Positions 1 through 10,144 are shown, counted from the stretch's first letter. The stretch is DNA of 13,168 bases from Octopus sinensis (GCF_006345805.1 NW_021826128.1:1-13168); one strand, 5' to 3'. Numbers and translations: made by a program. Notes: generated by a model not told the origin, from the sequence alone.

Positions 1-23
1 GCTTTCTCATTGCACCTTCGTCT

Positions 24-134
24 ATGTGTATGTCTATTATTATACATATATATATATATATATATATACACAAACACAACACATTACACACAGACATATG
101 TAATATATATATATATATATATATATATTTATTT

Positions 135-176
<42 letters not shown>

Positions 177-181
177 ACATT

Positions 182-225
<44 letters not shown>

Positions 226-410
226 GAATGTATGTATATGCATATGTGTGTATACATTGTATATATATATCTATACATATATGTAAATATATATTATGCA
301 TGTATATGTATATATGTATGTATGTATATATATGTGTATGTATATACATACATATATATGTACATACATACGTATATACATATATATATAAATCTGTATG
401 TATATGTATT

Positions 411-477
<67 letters not shown>
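24..477. repeat. Compound microsatellite (TA)n/(TATG)n/(TG)n
   Basis: Directly visible di- and tetranucleotide runs; all ORFs here are YI/CV/HT repeat translations. Confidence 0.97.
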
Positions 478-479
<2 letters not shown>

Positions 480-592
480 AGACAAAGAAAGAAAGATTTC
501 CGTATAAATTCCTTTCATCTCCCACTCCTTTCTTCGTCATGTCGAAGCTGATCACTAAAACAGGCTCATTTGTATCACCAAAAAGAAACCAG

Positions 593-1208
593 CAAAAAGA
601 CAGAAGAAGCAGACTGATCGAGCAACGATGCTAGATATAGCAGCTGAATTTCATTCGAAATTTTAAAATCAACATCTTTCGGTGTTGAAGAAAAAAAATA
701 AAGGAGAAATGAAACGTTAGATGATACAGTCCTTCCAAGATACGATGGACTTACATAGATTTAGACAATGAATAATATTCCAGTTGTATCTTGGAAGGGT
801 CATTACGCCAGTAATGAACACACCCACTGGTTTAATTTCACTTCTTTATTATTAGTCAGTTGCTCAGCCCTTTAAGGAAAGTACTAATTGATCGCTTGTT
901 GGTTAATCAATCCAAAAAGACAGAAGAAGCAGACTGATCGAGCAACGATGTTAGATATAGCAGCTGAATTTCATTCGAAATTTAAAAATCAACATCTTTC
1001 GGTGTTGAAGAAAAAATAAAGGAGAAATTTCCAAGATACGAAGGACTTACATAGATTTAGACAATGAATAATATTCCAGTTGTATCTTGGAAGGGTCATT
1101 ACGCCAGTAATGAACACACCCACTGGTTTAATTTCACTTCTTTATTATTAGTCAGTTGCTCATTCCTTTAAGGAAAGTACTAATTGATCGCTTGTTGGTT
1201 AATCAATC
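593..1208. repeat. Tandem duplication of a 320-bp unit (593-912 and 913-1208)
   Basis: Both copies begin caaaaagacagaagaagcagactgatcg and end ggttaatcaatc. Copy 2 lacks 22 bp (gaaacgttagatgatacagtcc) and 2 A of a homopolymer, and has a few substitutions. Confidence 0.95.
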
Positions 1209-1356
1209 ATTTGTTTGTCAAAGTTCTATCGTCACCATTAGCGACCTCATCAACGACATGCCTTTTCTCTTCCAGGCCTGTTTCAAATCGCTTGCAAACC
1301 AAATAAAACAAATAATAAACATTCCTGTTACTTCATCATGTGTGAATAAATTTGAA

Positions 1357-1480
1357 AGTGACTGAGTATTCCGCATACGTGTGTGTTTCGGTAACCTAAT
1401 TCACAACAGACAAAAATCAAAGTGACACAAAATGTGCCAAGCACGGCTGGATTTTTGAATTGCAAATACAGTCCATTCTA
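1357..1480 (-). mobile_element. Possible degraded SINE 3' fragment
   Basis: gactgagtattcc...gtgacacaaaatgtgccaag...ttgaattgcaaataca resembles, from memory only, the reverse complement of a common octopus SINE tail. No internal promoter is visible. Confidence 0.3.
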
Positions 1481-1730
1481 GGGACTTTCTGTACCCCATT
1501 TCCGTCTAACCCTGAGCTACGGTAAAATATTAAAAAAAAAACAAAACACGTTAAACATTTCATATGAAGGAATTGTGTTCCATCTCATGATTAAAAGTGA
1601 AATTACTAACCACTGAGTCACGAATGTGCTCTAAATACAGAAAGCTGGAAAGAAAACAGGATGGCCACGGCTGGTATTATAGATTTTTTTCAGCAGAAAT
1701 TTTTTCTCTCTGTGTACTTTCTTCCTTGTA

Positions 1731-1792
<62 letters not shown>

Positions 1793-1808
1793 TCACTCTC
1801 TCTCTCTC
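1731..1808. repeat. (TC)n microsatellite
   Basis: Visible run. Confidence 0.95.
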
Positions 1809-1939
1809 TTTGAAACATCTTCCAACCAAGAAAATGCTTTATTGTATTCGTGTCTGGCATCTATATCTTGTCTGTACATGCATTTACGTGTGTGCATTAT
1901 CTTTCAATGTCTACGTTCGTAAATGAAAAGACTATAGAT

Positions 1940-2100
1940 ACATACATGACTACATGCATACATGCGTACGTTCGTACATATATACATGCATACAAATGGA
2001 CATGCATACATGAATACATACACATACATACACTCTTACATACATATATACATGCATGCATACATACATACATACATACATACATACATACATACATACA

Positions 2101-2134
<34 letters not shown>

Positions 2135-2172
2135 CATACATATATACATACATACATACATACATACATACA
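1940..2172. repeat. (CATA)n microsatellite, 5' flank of the R4/Dong-type insertion
   Basis: Visible run ending abruptly at the LINE fragment. Confidence 0.95.
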
Positions 2173-2770
2173 TGGTGGAATGTCTCAGTGAAGACCTCAA
2201 TAAAATGTAAGCACAACAGACCTAAGAATTTGGGGAGGAGAAGAGAAACTGTGCACAGTTGTGCAAATTTGCTGCCCAGCAGATGTTAACATAAAGCTGA
2301 AGATCAGTGAAAAAGAGAACACCTATGCTGAACTATTGAGAAATCTGCAGTTACTCTATCCAGATTAAAAGTTCAGGTTTACACCTGTAATTATTGGGGC
2401 TCTAGAATATGTAACACACTACCTAAAAACCAATCTTGAGAAATTGGACTTCCCAAAACCAGAAAGGCGAAAGCTAATTCGAAGATTACAGATCCAACCC
2501 ATCACTGGAACTGTAGAAATCTGTAAAACTTTGCAGAAGTTCATCATTTAAATATATATGAGCATGTCTAGATATGCAACTGTATGCATGAGAATACATG
2601 CATAAAACAAAACACACAAATCTGCACACATACATACATACATACATACATACAAAAATACCTTGTTGTCGATGTTGATGTTGAAATTCCAAGGAAGGGG
2701 CCTTGGATCTAGATTAGAAACTGACTCTTTCTCTATTGGCAAAAAATCTTCAAATAAAATTGAACAATAA
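2173..2770 (+). mobile_element. 5'-truncated RLE-class non-LTR retrotransposon (R4/Dong-like): endonuclease C-terminus (2173-2551) plus 3' UTR
   Basis: Hand translation across one frameshift near 2224: WWNVSVKTSIKCKHNRP / IWGGEEKLCTVVQICCPADVNIKLKISEKENTYAELLRNLQLLYPD*KFRFTPVIIGALEYVTHYLKTNLEKLDFPKPERRKLIRRLQIQPITGTVEICKTLQKFII*. This matches the HNRPD...(E)xxCPxDxN...EKxxKY...PxxIGALG pattern of restriction-like endonucleases. Premature stop 2366-2368, terminal stop 2549-2551, AATAAA at 2753-2758. Confidence 0.85.
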
Positions 2771-3125
2771 CATACATACATACATGCACTAGTACATACA
2801 TACAAACACTCGTATAAACATATATACAAAACAAACATACATTCATACACATACATACATACATACATACATACATACATACATACATACATTCATACAC
2901 ATACATACATACATACATATATACATTCATACATTCATACATACATACATACATACATATATACATTCATACATTCATACATACATACATACATACATAT
3001 ATACATACATACATTCATACACATACATACATACATACATATATACATACATACATTCATACACATACATACATACATACATAAATACATTCATACATTC
3101 ATACATACATACATACATACATACA

Positions 3126-3159
<34 letters not shown>

Positions 3160-3218
3160 CATACATACATTCATACACATACATACATACATACATATAT
3201 ACATACATACATTCATAC

Positions 3219-3249
<31 letters not shown>

Positions 3250-3325
3250 TTCATACATACATACATACATACATACATACATACATACATACATACATAC
3301 ATACATACATACATACATACATACA
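2771..3325. repeat. Long (CATA)n microsatellite with recurring CATTCATACA variants
   Basis: Visible run directly 3' of the LINE fragment. Confidence 0.95.
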
Positions 3326-3658
3326 TGTATCACCTGCATTACCTCATCAGATGCTGTTATACGCTGCTGGTCGCAACGCGTTTCAATTCTTATTACATTA
3401 CACTCTTCTTGTCCAATTTGGGCCCAAATCCTTAAACTGAATAACCTTCCCATCGTTATGGAGGCCTTTCGGGTGGCATTTACCGATCTTTTGTATAAGT
3501 CTCGGAAACTGCATTGGTCAACCTGTAGTTTGTGAACCTAGTGACAGACACGGCCGGCCCTGCGGAATCTGGGCTTTTGATACTTTTGTGATCACATCGT
3601 TTGCTCCATTCCGTTCTCGAATTACCTCGTGCGGTCCGAAAACGTAACACAAGACCTA

Positions 3659-3954
3659 ATAGAGGGGGAAAGCGATAAAATCGAGAGAATAGGGCAGCAC
3701 GTCAACTCAGGGCGCACAGTTAATATACACGAGTTATGCAGGCTGAAATCTCGGAAGGAATAAGAGCAGGAAGTAAGCCGTTTGCTTCAATAAAATGTGA
3801 CCACAGCAAAGATGGACAAAACCCTATGTACCAGTTTGTTCAATAGTACCGTTCGCGCTTATATGCCAGTGAGACATGGGCCACAACGAAGGGGGGAGAA
3901 CATAAGTTGGTAACGACGTAAAGAGTCGTGGAAAGATCCATGCTAGGAATATCG
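3659..3954 (+). mobile_element. Decayed RTE-clade LINE fragment (region C-terminal to the RT core)
   Basis: Frameshifted translation IEGESDKIERIGQHVNSGRTVN / AEISEGIRAGSKPFASIK / KMDKTLCTSLFNSTV / LYASETWATTKGGEHKLVTT*RVVERSMLGIS. LY(G/A)SETW and ERSMLGIS are typical of RTE ORFs. Confidence 0.8.
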
Positions 3955-4041
3955 TATGTATGTATGTATGTATGTATGTATGTATGTATGTATGTATGTA
4001 TGTATGAATGTATGTATGTAGAGAGAGTGAGTGAGTGAGTG

Positions 4042-4132
<91 letters not shown>

Positions 4133-4152
4133 AATATAGATAGATAGATAGA
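3955..4152. repeat. (TATG)n-(GAGT)n-(GATA)n compound microsatellite
   Basis: Visible runs. Confidence 0.95.
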
Positions 4153-4211
4153 TTTCATACAGAGAATTTCCACATTGAAATTACATGAATACACCCTACT
4201 TATAGTATGTA

Positions 4212-4617
4212 GCCACAGGAGTGGCTGTGTGGTAAGTAGCTTGCTAACCAACCACATGGTTCCGGGTTCAGTCCCACTGCGTGGCATCTTTGGCAATTGT
4301 CTTCTGCAATAGCCCCGGGCTGACCAATGCCTTGTGAGTGGATTTGGTAGACGGAAACTGAAAGAAGTCTGTCGTATATATGTATATGTGTGTGTGTGTG
4401 TATGTGTTTGTGTGTCTGTGTTTGTCCCTCTAGCATTGCTTGACAACCGATGCTGGTGTGTTTACGTCCCCGTCACTTGCGGTTCGACAAAAGAGACCGA
4501 TAGGAAAAGTACTGGGCTTACAAAGAATAAGTCCCAGGGTCGATTTGCTCGACTAAAGGCGGTGCTCCAGCATGGCCGCAGTCAAATGACTGAAACATAA
4601 AGAGAGTAAAAGAGAGA
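4212..4617 (+). mobile_element. Near full-length tRNA-derived SINE with internal (TG)n
   Basis: Box A-like TGGCTGTGTGG (4222-4232), box B-like GGTTCAGTCCC (4265-4275) and an AG-rich tail. The head is duplicated at 5384-5501. Confidence 0.85.
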
Positions 4618-4621
4618 TATA

Positions 4622-4661
<40 letters not shown>

Positions 4662-5383
4662 CAGAGGCACGGAAATACCATCCCCGAACCTAAGACTTCG
4701 AATCTTTCTGGATCAGACCTTTGACATAATACCAAAGCTGAAAAATTCTAGAAGTGTTGCAATGTCTTTCGATATAAATAGTTCACTGATATAATTACCC
4801 TTACGCAATGTAGTGCAACATTTACGTTCTCATATAAAACGAAACATCTAAATGAGATCGACGGATATAAGTGTAATAAGTCTGTAGCCAAAAACATTGT
4901 CGTTAATTATGCATTAATATTGTCTTTTATTAGTAATTAAACGTCAACTCGTGCACTTATAGCGATTGCAAAAACGATACAAAAATTAAAACAGCTAAAC
5001 TTAAACGAGACAACGTATTAAAATATTTAGCTAAACGTGAAACTTACATCACTCTTAAAGACCATAAGGAGGACCTCATCTCTAGTTCAAGATACTGAAT
5101 TAACCAACACTGATAAAAGTAAGATCTGATTAATTAGCAAACAGGTTTGAAATAACATTAATAACAGAATTAGGAAAGTCATTAACCTTTGACATTCTAA
5201 CAATGATAAAACTATAATCAACTGGTTTAACAACATTAGAAATAAAAATGAACGAAAAGCGAATGCAAGTTGACTCGGTTCAACAGTTTTTTAACTCTAT
5301 CTCTTCGTTTCAAATCGTTGTTCACCAGTGCTACTGACATTGCTCATATATATATATAGCGCTATCAATAACAAAGACAAAAA

Positions 5384-5501
5384 GGCGCAGGAGTGGCTGT
5401 GTGGTAAGTAGCTTGCTTCCCAACCACATAGTTCCGGGATCAGTCCCACTGCGTGGCACCTTGGGCAAGTGTCTTCTACTATAGCTTCGGGCCGACCAAA
5501 G
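5384..5501 (+). mobile_element. 3'-truncated copy of the same tRNA-derived SINE
   Basis: ggcgcaggagtggctgtgtggtaagtagcttgct...cagtcccactgcgtggcac...ccgaccaa aligns by eye with 4212-4328. Confidence 0.85.
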
Positions 5502-5780
5502 GGTGTGAATAACATCTTTCTTTATTCAATTGTTTAATAGTGGTTTTTCTCTAAATTATATATATATAAAGCAATAATAAATCTCTGAACGAGATATAAA
5601 CAGTAACCGCTCGACAACGTAAGGTGTACTAGCCATCTGAATGTGGCTAGCCACTGGGGGGGTGTTACTGATGCTTTTAGCCCCAGGCGATCAACGTTCA
5701 CCAGATGGACTTTAGACACTATCTCAGTGCCTTGTGTTATTTGAAAGGGAGGTCATCATCCCTCGAAAACCTAAGTACTA

Positions 5781-5825
5781 CATACGGACTATAGTTTCAA
5801 GGTAATTGCCTCTCGTCAACGCATG
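5781..5825 (-). ncRNA. Type I hammerhead ribozyme (C3U variant)
   Basis: Minus strand reads CATGCG-TTGACGA-GAGG caatta CCTT-GAAA-CTATAG-TC-CGTATG, identical to the copy at 6440-6484. Confidence 0.85.
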
Positions 5826-6439
5826 GTAAGCACCGGTTTTCGATGAAGAGTTTCCCCTTCAAATAAATATATAACGTTTTCACAGCAACCACTGTCACTG
5901 ATCCAGATTTAGAAAACTGTCTGAAAGCAATAATAAATCTCTGAACGAGATATAAACAGTAACCGCTCGACAACGTAAGGTGTACTAGCCATCTGATTGG
6001 GCTAGCCACTGGGGGTGGGGTGTTACTGATGCTTTTAGTCCCAGGCGATCAACGTCACCAGATGGACTTAGACACTATCACAGTGCCCTTGTGTTATTTG
6101 CAAAGGGAGGTTTGAAACTATAGTCCGTATGTAGTACTTAGGTTTTCGAGGGAGGATGACCTCCCTTTGCAAATAACACAAGGCACTGAGATAGTGGTCT
6201 AAAGTCCATCTGGGGACGTTGATCGCCTGGGCTAAAAGCATCAGTAACACCCCACCCCCAGTGGCTAGCCACATTCAGATGGCTAGTACCCTTACGTTGT
6301 CGAGCGGTTACTGTTTATATCTCGTTCAGAGATTTATTATGGCTTTCAGACAGTTTTTCTAAATCAGTTGACAGTGGTTGCTGTGAACGTTATATATATT
6401 TATTTGCAAGAGGACTCCTTCATCGAAAACCGTGCTTAC

Positions 6440-6484
6440 CATGCGTTGACGAGAGGCAATTACCTTGAAACTATAGTCCGTATG
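6440..6484 (+). ncRNA. Type I hammerhead ribozyme (C3U variant)
   Basis: Stem I CATGCG(6440-45)/CGTATG(6479-84); core TTGACGA(6446-52); stem II GAGG/CCTT with loop CAATTA; GAAA(6467-70); palindromic stem III ACTATAGT; GUC triplet with predicted cleavage after C6478. Confidence 0.85.
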
Positions 6485-6649
6485 TAGTACTTAGGTTCGA
6501 GGGATGATTCCTCCCTTTCCAAATAACACAAGGGCACTGAATAGTGTCTAAAGTCCATCTGGTGACGTTGATCGCCTGGGGCTAAAAGCATCAGTAACAC
6601 CCCACCCCCAGTGGCTAGACCACATTCAGATGGCTAGTACACCTTACGT

Positions 6650-6680
<31 letters not shown>

Positions 6681-6706
6681 ATATATATATATATTTATAT
6701 ATATAT

Positions 6707-6922
6707 TTAAACCAAACACGAAAACACAAAGAGAAAACATAACAACGCGAGGGCGTGGAACAGTGGTATAGTGTTATTGGACGCTCAGGAAAGGAAAGAA
6801 AGAAGGAGGATTAACGTTTCGAGCGGAGCTCTTCGTCAGAAACATAGAAAAATGAAAGGTCCAAGGAAGGAAGACGGAGGAACAAAAATCGCCAACGATA
6901 ACACTCGATAACACATATTGAA
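6707..6922 (-). mobile_element. Short non-coding repeat between (TA)n tracts, probable Penelope-like terminal-repeat fragment
   Basis: Discrete ~215-bp island inside (TA)n carrying a minimal hammerhead motif of the kind found in Penelope-like pseudo-LTRs. Confidence 0.5.
6809..6843 (-). ncRNA. Minimal type I hammerhead-like motif
   Basis: Minus strand gttt-CTGACGA-a-GAGC tcc GCTC-GAAACGTT-aatc: intact core, 4-bp stem II and palindromic AACGTT in place of stem III. Stem I is only marginal. Confidence 0.6.
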
Positions 6923-7379
6923 TTATATATATATATATTATCTATATATATATAATATTATTATATATATATATATATTATATATATATATATAACTATA
7001 TATATCTATATGTACGAGGCATGTTTCTCCTTGCACGTATGCACATGTATGTATTGCCGTGAACAAATGCATCAATGACTAAGTGACTGCATCCAGGCAT
7101 GTACTAAATTCTTACCTACATGACAGGTCAATATTACGAATTTTTATTGACTTAAATTGTTACAAGATATTACTGGTATTTTATTTTATTTCGTTTGATT
7201 TTTTTTTACATTTCAACCATTCATAGAGGACGGCTTTTGTGTCGATTGCTGGTTTGATTTCACCTTACACTGTTAATTACAGAGAGAAAATACTTTAAGC
7301 CTAAATGTTCCATTCTATTGGCAATATATTTCCCATTATCGTTATTGAGACACCTGCAAAACACTTACAAACGTACGTA

Positions 7380-7411
<32 letters not shown>

Positions 7412-7672
7412 GCGCACACATACACACACACACATCCCTACATTTTGTTTAAAGTGATTCAGCTGAGACGCCATAAACTGTTGTGAAAGTTTCCTGACCG
7501 GAAACATTCACCAGAATTCTGCAGAGTTCTGCACATATTTCCTTTGCCACCTTTATTCACTAACGACCCCACCCCCCTCCCCCCACCCCACCCACCCCGC
7601 CCTCGCAAGCACAACCAAACAACAATGTTTTGGCACCCACATAACTGCACACAGCTTGGCCGATTTACCAAC

Positions 7673-7718
7673 GTGTGTGTGTGTGTGTGTGTATGTGCGT
7701 GTGTATGTGTGGGCATGC

Positions 7719-7751
<33 letters not shown>

Positions 7752-8407
7752 GGGGGGCTTGCGTGTGTGCGTGTGTATGTGTGGGCATGCATATATATAT
7801 ATGTGTGTGTGTGGTGTGTGTGTGTGTGTGGGCGTGCGTGTATGTGTGTGTGTGTGTGTGTGTGTATTTATGCTTGCATGCACGTAAATATCGCTGTGCG
7901 TAAGTATTTATATATGTATGTCTACTTATTTATATATGCATGCACATATGTGTGTATGTACATATATATATTATTTATACGTACATACATACATATATAT
8001 AATATATATATATATATATTTTATGTATGTATGTATGTATTGTAGCAACAATATGTATGTATGAATGTGTGTGTGTGTGTGTGGGTGGGTGTATATATAT
8101 AGATATATGTATATATATATATGTATATATCTATATATATACATATATCTATGTATATACACCCACACACACACACATTCATATATCTATCTATATCTAT
8201 AGAGATTGATAGATAATTACATACACATGCATACACACATACATGCATACACACTTATATATACATGCATATGTGTGAGTATATATACGTATGTAAGTAC
8301 ATGTGTGTGTTATGTGTGTGCATGCGACTATATACGCACCTGTGTGTATGTACGTAGGTATGCATGTATGCATGTATGCATGTGTGTGTGTGTGTGTGCG
8401 TGCATGC
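7673..8407. repeat. Compound (TG)n/(TA)n/(TATG)n microsatellite, including a short duplicated block (gtgtatgtgtgggcatgcatatata twice)
   Basis: Visible runs. Confidence 0.95.
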
Positions 8408-8582
8408 ACCAACACCAGCACTACCATTATCATCAACAACTCCACCATCACCACCACCACAACCACCACCACCACCACCACCACTACCACCATCACTTGC
8501 ACAACCACCACCACCACCAGCACCACCACCACCGCCACCACCACCACCACCCACCACTACCACTACAACCATCACTTCCACC

Positions 8583-8613
<31 letters not shown>

Positions 8614-8930
8614 CCACCACTACCACCACCACCACCCACCACTACCACTACAAACATCACTTCACCACCACCACCACCACTACCACCACCACTACCACTA
8701 CCACCACCACCTTCCACCCCAGCCACCACCCCACCACCAGCACCACCACCACCACCACCACTACCACCACCATCACTACTTCCACAAACCACCACCACCC
8801 CCACCACCACCACACCACCACCACCACCACCACTACCACCATCACTTCCACAACCACCACCAACCACCACCACCACCACCACCACTACCACCATCACTTC
8901 CACAACCACCAATACCATCACCACCACCTC
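8408..8930. repeat. (CCA)n/(CTA) trinucleotide array with a recurring CATCACTT(C)CAC motif
   Basis: Visible; explains the poly-P/T/H and poly-V/G/W ORFs. Confidence 0.95.
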
Positions 8931-9240
8931 CTGAATCACCGCCGCCAACACTAACAGACACGTCCAGTACCACAACAACCGCCACCGTAAACAATTTCTA
9001 TATAAATAACGGATGGCCGGGGGGTGGGGGTGGGGGTGGGGAGAAGGGGGGAGTTTCGGGTTGAGGGTGCACCTGCTGATTAAACTGGCAACCTTTCAGA
9101 AAACATGGTCAGGCTTCCTGGTTTACTATTGACGAGAGAATGAATGCGAAGGGAGGATGGTGCGATGGCGGGGTGGAGAAGGAGGAGGAGGAGGAGGAGG
9201 TGTTGATATAGAATCATGATAATAATAATTATCATATATT

Positions 9241-9278
<38 letters not shown>

Positions 9279-9699
9279 ACACACATACAATATATAATAT
9301 CACACACACAATATATATATATATAATATCTATATATATATATATATATCAATATATATATATATATATATATATATAGAGGAGAGAGAGAGTAGAGAAT
9401 ACATCTATGCATACATATACAAATTAATAATACATTCACATACATACATTCATACATACTTACACCACACATATGTGTGTGTGTGTGTTTTATTAAAAAA
9501 AAATGGGGAACTTGCTTGGCACAGTTAAAGAAAACTAAAACTAATGAGGCACAACCATAACAACAATAGCAACAACATTATCGGGAATAATGGCAAATAA
9601 ATGCTTCTACGACCACTGCTGCTGCTTCTGCTGGCGCCGCCGCCAATTTGCCGCTGCTGCTACCGTTGGTGCCGCTGTTAATTGCTGAGGCTGAACCAA

Positions 9700-9728
9700 C
9701 ACCACCACCACCACCGTGACCACCACCG

Positions 9729-9761
<33 letters not shown>

Positions 9762-10083
9762 TAACTACTAGTGCTGCTGCTACTACTACTTCTACTTCTA
9801 CTATAACTACTACTACTACTACTACTAATACTACTACTACTATCACTGCTGCTGTTTATTGCTAATGAAATACTACCACCACCAGCACCACAACCACTAC
9901 TACTATTACTACTACTACTACTACTACTACTAGAAGAACTACTACTGCTGCTGCTACTACTAGTAATACAGTTACTACTATTGCTACTAAAAGAGCTGTT
10001 ATTGTTACTACTACTACTTCTACAATTGCTACAACTACTACTAATACTGCTGTTGCTACTATTACTACAGCTGTAACTGCTAT

Positions 10084-10144
<61 letters not shown>

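Larger units (their letters stand above)
5568..6650. mobile_element. Array of a ~355-bp hammerhead-containing unit (candidate non-LTR retrozyme): about 1.5 units in one orientation, then about 1.5 units inverted
   Basis: Unit 1 is 5568-5923 (356 bp) and partial unit 2 is 5924-6111. The reverse-complement copies occupy 6112-6650 (period 353). The array is flanked by (TA)n on both sides and has no coding capacity. Confidence 0.85.

Noticed and set aside
609-647. ctgatcga-gca acga tgc-tagata as a hammerhead in the 320-bp duplication
   Set aside because: No GAAA or stem III, and the putative stem II is altered in copy 2.
4212-4290. tRNA gene
   Set aside because: Only A/B boxes without a full cloverleaf; it continues into a SINE body and recurs at 5384.
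5585-5624. Second hammerhead-like string ctgaacgag...ctcgacaacgta in the 355-bp unit
   Set aside because: Both core halves deviate (CUGAACGA, GACA) and no clear stem I forms.
5568-6650. CRISPR array or MITE interpretation of the repeats
   Set aside because: No short repeat-spacer periodicity; the arms are internally tandem and start and end mid-unit, unlike terminal inverted repeats with a target-site duplication.
8197-9064. Long Pro/Thr/His-rich ORFs (up to 253 aa) resembling extensin or mucin
   Set aside because: Open in almost every frame because (CCA)n lacks stops; they begin in TG/TA microsatellite and show no domain or splice support.
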